This document shows positions 26,887 through 34,362 of a stretch of DNA of 64,000 bases, one piece after another. Below the pieces are notes generated by a model that saw only the letters and a list, made by a program, of their open reading frames with translations, was not told the DNA's origin and did no database searches. The stretch spans positions 2,300,885-2,364,884 of the forward strand of contig JADJRK010000001.1 in assembly GCA_016712285.1 (NCBI GenBank), given 5' to 3'. Each line of letters begins with the position of its first letter. Position 1 is the stretch's first letter. The translations under genes were made by a program, and so were the position numbers. This stretch comes from Planctomycetota bacterium (lineage in GTDB: Bacteria > Planctomycetota > UBA8742 > UBA2392).

Positions 26887-27659
26887 GCGTGGCTCCAGTG
26901 CGGCTTGCGCCGTTCCGTGAATGCGGCAATGCCCTCGCTCGCGTCGCTGACTGCCGCCAGCCGCGTCAAGTAATCCTGCTCGGTGCAGGCCAGGTCGTGC
27001 TCCAGCCCTTCCAGCAACTTGCTGCGCGACGCGCGTACGGCTTCACGCAACGACGCGGCGGAAAAGCGCAGAAGTGTTTTCTCGAACCATGAGTTGGCGT
27101 GACCATGCAACTCGCCGGCTGGGCATATGGCGTGAATCAGCCCGGCCTGGCTCAAGACCTCGGGGCCGACCTCTTCGCCGCCCAGGATCATGCGCTCAGA
27201 CAGCGCCTGTGTGGCGCGCCGCGGCAAGAGCACAGCCGCCACGGGCGGGAACACGCCCAGGCGGATCTCAGGCACGGCAAACTTCGCGTCCGATGCGGCA
27301 AACAGGAAGTGACACGCGAGCACGACCTCGAATGCGCCACCCAGGCACATGCCCTGGACCAGTGCCGCCACGGGCACAGGGCTGGATGCGATCGCCATAA
27401 CCAGTTCGCGCAGCGTTGGCAGCATCTCGCCGACTCGTTCCGGCGTGTGCTCGTCGACTGCCGCACCGAACGAGAAGTGCTTGCCTTCTGCTTCAAGGAC
27501 AACCAGGCGCAGCGTGCGCGAGTCTGCCGCTATGCGGATGTGTTCTGTCAGTTCGCGCATGAGCTCGCCGGTGAACACGTTGCCGGTCGGACGATCAATC
27601 GTCAGCCTCAGCAGTGCGCCGTCGTGCTCATGGATGCTGCGAATCGGGTTCATGTTCAT
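26883..27659 (-). CDS. dch: Crotonase-family hydratase, by context cyclohexa-1,5-diene-1-carbonyl-CoA hydratase
   Basis: 258 aa from ATG 27659 (ATGA overlap). Crotonase motifs (VLEAEGKHFSFGA, GMCLGGAFEVVLACH). The assignment rests on position between oah and bcrC. Confidence 0.75.
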   Translation of the reverse strand: MNMNPIRSIHEHDGALLRLTIDRPTGNVFTGELMRELTEHIRIAADSRTLRLVVLEAEGKHFSFGAAVDEHTPERVGEMLPTLRELVMAIASSPVPVAALVQGMCLGGAFEVVLACHFLFAASDAKFAVPEIRLGVFPPVAAVLLPRRATQALSERMILGGEEVGPEVLSQAGLIHAICPAGELHGHANSWFEKTLLRFSAASLREAVRASRSKLLEGLEHDLACTEQDYLTRLAAVSDASEGIAAFTERRKPHWSHA

Positions 27660-28768
27660 CCCTTCAGCGAACCCGCATTGGCCTGTGGTAACACTGCCTG
27701 AATCAGGCTCTCGTCCCATGGCCGACCCAGCGCGAGCTGGCGGCGCAGCTCGAGAAAGTCCACCTCACGCCGGTCTTTGGGCCCGTCGTTGAAAGCGCGG
27801 AACCCGGCGTTGGCCTCGGTCATCATATTCAGCGCGAGCCAGGCACGGTTGGTCTCGCGGTTGCGGTCCCAGTGTTGCAGCTTGTGCTTGCGGATCGACT
27901 CAATCGTCTTGATCGTGCAGTCGGGCATGGTCAGCGCGAGCCGCCAGCACATGCCCTCGACCGCTTCGTCCAGCTTCGAGAGGTTACTTTCCGTCCTGGC
28001 CAGCACTTCCTTGGCGCGGTCGCGGTCGGCGCCAACTTTGTACTCGCCATGCACGATGGTTCCGAACTCGTCGAGCCAGCGGTCCGTAATGACCAGCGGA
28101 TTCGGAACCCACTCTCCATTCAGCTTCAGCGCCGGTACTACCTGGTTCAGCAGCCCGATGCGCAGCGCCTTGTGCGCCGACCAGGGCTCGCACAGCACCG
28201 CACTCTCCATGGCAGAGGCGAACCCCACGTACAGTGGAAGAAAGTCTGTTGAGCCGCCGTCCGGCGCCGAGCCGTGCTTGGGCCCGGCTTGCCCGAAGCG
28301 CGCAGTGTCGGCGGCAATGCTGAAATCGCATGCCATGCCGATCTCCTGCCCGCCGCCGATGCGCATACCGTTGACGCGGTTGATCACCGGCTTGTCGCAG
28401 CCCAGGATCCCGCTGACCATGTCGTTGAACAGCCGCATGTATTGCCGGTACTCCTGCGGGTTACCCGCGTAGTACTCGGCATACTCTTTGGTGTTGCCGC
28501 CCGTGCAGAACGCCTTGTCACCGACAGCCGTGAATACGACGGCGACAATGGCGCGGTCCATGCTGGCGCGGCGGAAGGCGAGGATCACTTCCTTGACGGC
28601 GTCGGTCGTGTAACTGTTGTACTGGCGCGGATTGTCCAGGCTGATCCAGGCGTTGAACAGTCCATCGACGGGCAGGCCCTTGCCATCCAGCAGCGGGCGG
28701 CACTCGTACCGGATGTGCCGGAACTCCAGGCCTGGCGCGAGTTCATGATTCACCAACGTGTGCGGCAT
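27656..28768 (-). CDS. oah: 6-oxocyclohex-1-ene-1-carbonyl-CoA hydrolase (ring-cleaving, MenB-like crotonase with C-terminal extension)
   Basis: 370 aa. GDKAFCTGGN, GGGQEIGMACDFSIAA, FGQAGPKHGSAPDGG. Its length and neighbours fit Oah/BamA. Confidence 0.8.
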   Translation of the reverse strand: MPHTLVNHELAPGLEFRHIRYECRPLLDGKGLPVDGLFNAWISLDNPRQYNSYTTDAVKEVILAFRRASMDRAIVAVVFTAVGDKAFCTGGNTKEYAEYYAGNPQEYRQYMRLFNDMVSGILGCDKPVINRVNGMRIGGGQEIGMACDFSIAADTARFGQAGPKHGSAPDGGSTDFLPLYVGFASAMESAVLCEPWSAHKALRIGLLNQVVPALKLNGEWVPNPLVITDRWLDEFGTIVHGEYKVGADRDRAKEVLARTESNLSKLDEAVEGMCWRLALTMPDCTIKTIESIRKHKLQHWDRNRETNRAWLALNMMTEANAGFRAFNDGPKDRREVDFLELRRQLALGRPWDESLIQAVLPQANAGSLKG

Positions 28769-28770
28769 GA

Positions 28771-29835
28771 CTACTCCTGTTGCGGCTGCAGAATTGCGCG
28801 CTCAACCAGCTTGCCGGCGTGCGCGGCTTCAAACAGTTCGCCGATCTGTTCAAGGGGATAGCTGCGAATGAACGGGCGAAGATTGACCTTGCCGTTCAGC
28901 ACCAGCTCGATCACGGCGGGGTAGTGGCGCGGCGCGCAGCCCCAGTTGCCAAACGCGGCGGCGTCGAATGCCATCAGGCTCGACAACTTGATGTTCAATG
29001 GCTTGGGCGTGAATCCGACAACTGCGAGCGTGCCTGCCGGCGGAATCAGCGCCCACGCAAGTTCCTGGCCTGCCGGTGAGCCCGACATCTCGAAAATGGT
29101 CCAACCGAAGTCAGGCGCATCAAGGTCGGTTACGGCTTTGCGCACCGCTTTGCGGGCGGACTTGGCGTCCATGCCCTTGACGTTGATGGTCTCGGCCGCC
29201 CCAAGCGCACGAATGCGCTGCAGCTTGGCGTCGTCGATGTCGAGCGCAACAACGCGCGCACCCCGCGCAGCAGCCAGCTGGACGGCGTAGGTGCCGATTC
29301 CGCCCACGCCCACGACGATCGCGACGTCGCCCTGCTTGAGGCCGGAACGCAGCACCGCCTGGTACGGAGTCGTGACGGCGTCTGCGATGACTGACAGCTC
29401 GTGCAATTGATAGCCAGCCAGGTCATCCGGCAGCAGCGCCAGGCCCGCGCCCGGCACCTTGACGTGGTCGGCAAACCCACCGTGTCCGTCATTGCCGGGC
29501 ATGAACTGGCGTGCACACGTGTTCTCGGCGCCCGCGCGGCACCGTTCACATTCGCCGCATGGAACAACCGAGGGCACAACCACGCGCTGCCCGATCAGCG
29601 CCTCGTGGCGCGAGCCAGCGGCCACGACGGTTCCGGCGATCTCGTGCCCCAGCACCAGCGGCAACGGCGCGCGGGGTGCAACGTCGCCGTAGTAGAAGCC
29701 GACGTCTGTGTGGCATAGCCCGCAACCCGCGACCCGCACCACCACCTCGGCGGCGCCGGGTGCAAGCTCATACTCAGCCAGCCTGAAGCCGGTTGCGGTG
29801 GCATGGAAGGCAAAGCCGTGGGCTAGCATGGGCAC
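28771..29835 (-). CDS. had: Zn-dependent alcohol dehydrogenase, by context 6-hydroxycyclohex-1-ene-1-carbonyl-CoA dehydrogenase
   Basis: 354 aa. GCGLCHTDV, GHEIAG, a structural Zn Cys cluster CGECERCRAGAENTC, and the NAD fold VGVGGIG. Confidence 0.75.
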   Translation of the reverse strand: MPMLAHGFAFHATATGFRLAEYELAPGAAEVVVRVAGCGLCHTDVGFYYGDVAPRAPLPLVLGHEIAGTVVAAGSRHEALIGQRVVVPSVVPCGECERCRAGAENTCARQFMPGNDGHGGFADHVKVPGAGLALLPDDLAGYQLHELSVIADAVTTPYQAVLRSGLKQGDVAIVVGVGGIGTYAVQLAAARGARVVALDIDDAKLQRIRALGAAETINVKGMDAKSARKAVRKAVTDLDAPDFGWTIFEMSGSPAGQELAWALIPPAGTLAVVGFTPKPLNIKLSSLMAFDAAAFGNWGCAPRHYPAVIELVLNGKVNLRPFIRSYPLEQIGELFEAAHAGKLVERAILQPQQE

Positions 29836-29893
29836 AACTCCTGATAACCAAGGGTACGGAATTTGAACCGCGATTCAATATATCTTGATCGAT

Positions 29894-30394
29894 TTATCCG
29901 GTTTCGGGCGGTCCAAAACCTCTGCGGCGCCGCGCATCAGCCCCCGCGCCACGGGTCTTGATAGCGGGAAGACGTACCGAATCAGGCCGGTGTTCCTGGA
30001 ATTCGGCCAAGTCTTTCAGGGTGGTCGTTTCCAAAGCCGTTACAAAGCGCTGCCGGATGTTCTTCCACAGCGAGTGCAGCGGGCATGCCGTTGCGTCGCT
30101 GCATTCCCCCTCACCCATGACGCACGATTCCAGCGAGCGCACGTCGTCGAGCTCGCGCACCACATCGTAGGCCGTGATATCCCATGCCGGCTTGGCAAGC
30201 CGGAACCCGCCCTGTCGGCCACGCTGGCTTTCCAGTACGCCGCGACGTGCCAATGTCTGGAGCACCTTTGCGAGGTAATGCACCGGGATGGCGAGCGGGT
30301 CTGCTATCTGAGTTACGAGTACCCACTCACCCGCCGGGTAGCGCGCCAGTTCAGTCAGCGCCCTGAGCGCGTATTCGCTTGCCTGTGAGAACAT
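29894..30394 (-). CDS. Rrf2-family Fe-S transcriptional regulator (BadM/NsrR-like)
   Basis: 166 aa. MFSQASEYALRAL wHTH. Cys triad C-x6-C-x5-C (SCVMGEGECSDATACP). It sits directly upstream of the had-oah-dch-bcr block on the same strand. Confidence 0.85.
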   Translation of the reverse strand: MFSQASEYALRALTELARYPAGEWVLVTQIADPLAIPVHYLAKVLQTLARRGVLESQRGRQGGFRLAKPAWDITAYDVVRELDDVRSLESCVMGEGECSDATACPLHSLWKNIRQRFVTALETTTLKDLAEFQEHRPDSVRLPAIKTRGAGADARRRRGFGPPETG

Positions 30395-30405
30395 GTGCGC
30401 TCCTG

Positions 30406-31794
30406 TCAGACCAGTGGCTGCAGTTCGGCCGTGAAAGCCCGTAGTACCGCGCCCTGCCGCGTGATGCGGTACCCGGGCGCTGCGTCACGCCGGGCCGCCG
30501 CGGAAAGCACGATTTCGCCAAGCCAGTCCACGTGGCTTTGTGTGTACGTGCGCCGTGGAAATGCCAGCCGCACCAGTTCAAGCGCGGCGCATCGGTCGTG
30601 GCCGAGTGCCGGGTCCGGGTGGCCGAACATCAGTGTGCCGATCTCGACGCCCCGCACGCCGCCCTCAAGGTAGAGTTCGTTGCACAGGGATACGCCCGGC
30701 AACTCCCACGGCTTCAGGTGCGGATACAGGTTGCCCGCGTCAATGTAGACCGCGTGGCCGCCCGACGGGCGCATCAGAGGAATGCCCGCACGATCGAGAA
30801 TGTCGTAAAGGTACCGCACGGACGCCACGCGATAGCGCAAGTAGTCCGGGTCCGTGACCTCTTCCAAGCCGACAGCCAGCGCCGCCAGGTCCCGGCCAGC
30901 CAATCCGCCGTAGGTTGGAAACCCCTCGGTCAGAATCAGCAACGATCGCGCCTTGTCCGCAAGCTCGTCGCTGTTCAAGCACAGCAGGCCGCCGATGTTT
31001 ACCAGCCCGTCTTTCTTGGCGCTCATCGTGAAACCGTCCGCAAGCCGGAACATTTCCTGGGCGATCTCGCGCGGTGCGCGCGAAGACTGGCCCGGTTCAC
31101 GCTCGTGGATGAACCACGCGTTCTCGGCGAAGCGGGCGGCATCGAGAAAGAACGGTTTGCCGTGCTTTCTCGCAAGCTGCGATGCCCCGCGCAGGTTCTC
31201 CAGGCTGACCGGCTGTCCACCGCCGGTGTTGTTCGTGACGGTCAAGAGCACGCAAGCGGTGCGGGCACCTTCCGACTCAAGCGCCGCTTCCAGTCGCGCA
31301 AGGTCAATGTTGCCCTTGAACGGGTGCTCGCTGCGGGGGTTGCGGCCCTCCTCGATGACGAGGTCGCGGGCCTCTGCGCCCAGGTACTCGACGTTGGCGC
31401 GCGTGGTATCGAAGTGGCTGTTCGCGAGCACGATCTTGCCGCGAAGATCCAGAGCCGCGAACAGGATATGCTCCGAAGCGCGACCCTGGTGCGTGGGTAT
31501 GACATGGCGCATGCCGGTAAGTTCGCGGACCACGCGCTCAAGCTGGTAGAAGGACTCGGAGCCCGCGTAGGTCTCGTCGCCGGTCATCATCGCCGCCCAC
31601 TGTGCAGCCGACATGGCGCCCGTGCCGGAATCGGTCAGCAAGTCGATCGTGATTTCGCGTGAACGAAGCAGGAACGGGTTGAAGCTTGCACGCTGCAAGA
31701 ACTGCCGGCGCTGCGCCGCTGTGGTGAGCGGCAGCGGTTCCACCGACTTGATGCGGAAAGGTTCAATGATCGTGCGTGGCGCCTGGGGTTGCAT
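30406..31794 (-). CDS. Beta-eliminating lyase: tryptophanase / tyrosine phenol-lyase family
   Basis: 462 aa. IIEPFRIKSVEP, DLLTDSGTGAMS, SAKKDGLVNIGG (PLP lysine context). Confidence 0.88.
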   Translation of the reverse strand: MQPQAPRTIIEPFRIKSVEPLPLTTAAQRRQFLQRASFNPFLLRSREITIDLLTDSGTGAMSAAQWAAMMTGDETYAGSESFYQLERVVRELTGMRHVIPTHQGRASEHILFAALDLRGKIVLANSHFDTTRANVEYLGAEARDLVIEEGRNPRSEHPFKGNIDLARLEAALESEGARTACVLLTVTNNTGGGQPVSLENLRGASQLARKHGKPFFLDAARFAENAWFIHEREPGQSSRAPREIAQEMFRLADGFTMSAKKDGLVNIGGLLCLNSDELADKARSLLILTEGFPTYGGLAGRDLAALAVGLEEVTDPDYLRYRVASVRYLYDILDRAGIPLMRPSGGHAVYIDAGNLYPHLKPWELPGVSLCNELYLEGGVRGVEIGTLMFGHPDPALGHDRCAALELVRLAFPRRTYTQSHVDWLGEIVLSAAARRDAAPGYRITRQGAVLRAFTAELQPLV

Positions 31795-31800
31795 GAGTGC

Positions 31801-31807
31801 TATAATA
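31801..31807. promoter_or_regulatory. -10-like box: TATAAT on plus strand, TATTAT on minus strand, 7 nt from the lyase ATG
   Basis: Plus-strand TATAATA at 31801..31807. There is no SD between it and the ATG at 31794. It may serve either divergent gene. Confidence 0.3.
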
Positions 31808-31940
31808 GGACACGTTTGTCTGCTTTACAAGGGACAAAGGTCTCCCGCACCGAAGTCAATCTGGATAACAGGATTATCGTATCTTGATGATCCTTGAAGT
31901 CGTGATAGTTTATGAGCATACCGCCGGCACAAGGAGCCGC

Positions 31941-32432
31941 ATGTTTTCGCAGACGACCGAGTACGCCATCCGCGCCGCCATCGACATTGCCACACGCCCC
32001 GAGGGCGAGAAAGTGCTTGCCACGCAGCTTGGCGAAGTGCTCGGCATTCCGACGCACTATCTGTCGAAGATCCTGCAGCAACTGGTGCGGGCGCGCGTGC
32101 TCAGCTCCGTGCGCGGGCGCAAGGGCGGCTTCATGCTGGCCCGCCCTGCCGCAAAGATCACTCTGAAACAGATCGTGGCTCCGTTTGAGGACCTGCGGAA
32201 GTACGAAGAGTGCATCATGGGACAGCCGGTATGCAGCGAAGCCGGCGCCTGCCCCCTGCACGACTTCTGGGGCGACGTGCGTTCGCGCTATCTGGAAGAA
32301 CTCAACAAGCGCACGCTCAAGGACCTCGGTGACTACCAGCTCATGCGCATCGCCAAGATGGGCGCCGGGCTGCGCGGCAAAATGCCCGCAGTGCCCGGCA
32401 TGGACACCTGGCGCGGCGCACGCAAAGCGTGA
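31941..32432 (+). CDS. Rrf2-family Fe-S transcriptional regulator
   Basis: 163 aa from ATG 31941, with AAGGAG SD. MFSQTTEYAIRAA. Cys triad C-x6-C-x5-C (ECIMGQPVCSEAGACP). Confidence 0.85.
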   Translation: MFSQTTEYAIRAAIDIATRPEGEKVLATQLGEVLGIPTHYLSKILQQLVRARVLSSVRGRKGGFMLARPAAKITLKQIVAPFEDLRKYEECIMGQPVCSEAGACPLHDFWGDVRSRYLEELNKRTLKDLGDYQLMRIAKMGAGLRGKMPAVPGMDTWRGARKA

Positions 32433-32439
32433 GTCCTTC

Positions 32440-33903
32440 CTAGAACTGCAACGTCAGCCCTGCCCAGGCGAAGTCCATATCCGAGTCTTCACCGCCGGAA
32501 CCGCCCCCCGCGGCTGTCTGCTTCACGAAGCGGCCGGCGAAGAAGTGGGCCCAGCCGGCTTCAAATGCAGCCCAGCGCGTGACCTTAAGGCTCACCACGA
32601 GATCTACTTCGTAGCCAAGCTCGTCAGAAACGGCCGGTGAGCCCGCACGAATCAAGCCACCTGCGGGGTTGTACCAGCCATCGTCGTCGTTCTCGCGCTG
32701 GAAGGCATGAAGCTGCGCCAGCACGGACACGGCCTCCACCCAGCCATCAAGCTTCATGTTCCACTCCGCCACAGCGCTGAAGTCATGCAAGTTGCGCCAG
32801 CCAACCTGGTCGGCAAATCCCTGGTACTTGTGGCCGAACGGAAATGGCGACCGAAACGTCTGGAAGTCGTTGTCGGTCGGGTCGGAGTCGCCCGACGCAT
32901 AGTCCCACTCCAGCCCGAACCGCAGCCCGTGCACGCCGGTCGCCCAGTGCAAGTCCAGCGTTGCCGCCGCTGCAAACGCACCCACGTTTGAGTCGTTCAT
33001 TCCAGGGGTGCCCCAGAACGCCGTGTCGGCTGTGCCGACTTGCGCGACGCCCTCGGCGGTGAATGCCAGCGCCAGCGTGTCATCGGCGTTCAGCCCGAAG
33101 CGGCCGTTCCAGCGCAGGCTGGCAGTCGTGACATGCGCATCGTTGGCGCCGCCCGCATCGTCGCGATGCTGATTGAGCAGAAGCACTTCCAGTTCGTTGT
33201 TCTTGAGAAAGGTCGGGGTCCAGCGAAACGACAGTCCGAGCAACCATTCGTCGTCCTGCACGCGGCTCAGTTCATTGACCAGCAACGCCATGCCAAGCAG
33301 GTGATACTGCGCGTCAAAGCTGCGACGTAGTGTCAGGCCGTCCCACGCGCGGGACTGCGGCGCCCACTCCAGCGTGCTGAACAGGCGCTGGTTGCCGATC
33401 ACAAACTTCTGGCGGCCCAGGCGCGCGTCGATGCCGAGGTCAAGCAAGTTTGGCGAGTACAGGTAAGCCTGCAGAACATCCATGCCCTCGAAGCCCGAGC
33501 TATTGACTGCGTTTGCGTTGGCGCGGGGTTCGTCGCCGAACAGGCGCACATCCTGCAGCTCCAACAGCACACCCGCGCTGCCGGGGAAAAGGGCGTCGAT
33601 ACCCAGCCGGTTGCGCATGTTCACGCTGAACTCAGCCCGCTGTTGCACCAGGCCCGGCGCGTAGGTCGCGGGCGAGCGCAACTCCGCGCGCGTCCGATGC
33701 TGGCCAAAGAACCGCAGGCGGATGGACGAGGACTCCTCGTCATCCCCAAGCATGATCTTCAGCTCGAACGGGTTGCGATTGGGCTTCGCGGGCTGCGGCT
33801 CTGCGATCGGGGTTGCAGCCGGCTTGGCTGCGGCAGATTCCTGGGCATGAAGGCCGACGGTGCCAACCGCCAGGGCCATGGCAACAAGCACGAGCGCACG
33901 CAT
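32440..33903 (-). CDS. Outer-membrane beta-barrel porin (alginate-export-family-like)
   Basis: 487 aa from ATG 33903. Signal peptide MRALVLVAMALAVGTVGLHA. Alternating strand pattern. Ends in ...WAGLTLQF (a C-terminal aromatic residue typical of OMPs). Confidence 0.65.
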   Translation of the reverse strand: MRALVLVAMALAVGTVGLHAQESAAAKPAATPIAEPQPAKPNRNPFELKIMLGDDEESSSIRLRFFGQHRTRAELRSPATYAPGLVQQRAEFSVNMRNRLGIDALFPGSAGVLLELQDVRLFGDEPRANANAVNSSGFEGMDVLQAYLYSPNLLDLGIDARLGRQKFVIGNQRLFSTLEWAPQSRAWDGLTLRRSFDAQYHLLGMALLVNELSRVQDDEWLLGLSFRWTPTFLKNNELEVLLLNQHRDDAGGANDAHVTTASLRWNGRFGLNADDTLALAFTAEGVAQVGTADTAFWGTPGMNDSNVGAFAAAATLDLHWATGVHGLRFGLEWDYASGDSDPTDNDFQTFRSPFPFGHKYQGFADQVGWRNLHDFSAVAEWNMKLDGWVEAVSVLAQLHAFQRENDDDGWYNPAGGLIRAGSPAVSDELGYEVDLVVSLKVTRWAAFEAGWAHFFAGRFVKQTAAGGGSGGEDSDMDFAWAGLTLQF

Positions 33904-33995
33904 GACGGTCTCCCGGATGCATAGCGGCTCTCTCCGGGCGCATGATGGCGCAAACATGGGTCCACTTCAACAGTTTTTTGTATCTGTTTATCTTC

Positions 33996-34361
33996 TTATG
34001 TGCCTCGGCCTCGATAGATGCAGCCTGACGTGCACGTTTCCGCAATCTCCACCGCGCACAGCCCTGAAAGCTGCGGCTGCAACCGCTCGTAGATCCAGCG
34101 GGCAATCGCCTCCGCGGTCGGGTTCTCGAGGCCCGGCACGTCATTCAGATACACGTGGTCCAGCAGCTCAAGCAGCGGTGCAAACGCAGCCTTGATGTCG
34201 GCGAAGTCCATGACCCATTCCTGCGGCAGCACCACTTCGCCACGCACCGACACCCTGCATCGAAACGAATGACCGTGCAGGCGAGCGCACTTGTGGCCCG
34301 CCGGCACCGAAGGCAGCCGGTGTGCCGCTTCAAATCGAAAGTCCCTGTAGATTTCCGTCAT
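33996..34361 (-). CDS. 6-pyruvoyl-tetrahydropterin / 6-carboxytetrahydropterin synthase family protein
   Basis: 121 aa from ATG 34361, 1 nt after the qNOR stop. FRFEAAHRLP, HGHSF, VMDFADIK motifs. Confidence 0.85.
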   Translation of the reverse strand: MTEIYRDFRFEAAHRLPSVPAGHKCARLHGHSFRCRVSVRGEVVLPQEWVMDFADIKAAFAPLLELLDHVYLNDVPGLENPTAEAIARWIYERLQPQLSGLCAVEIAETCTSGCIYRGRGT

Positions 34362-34362
34362 G

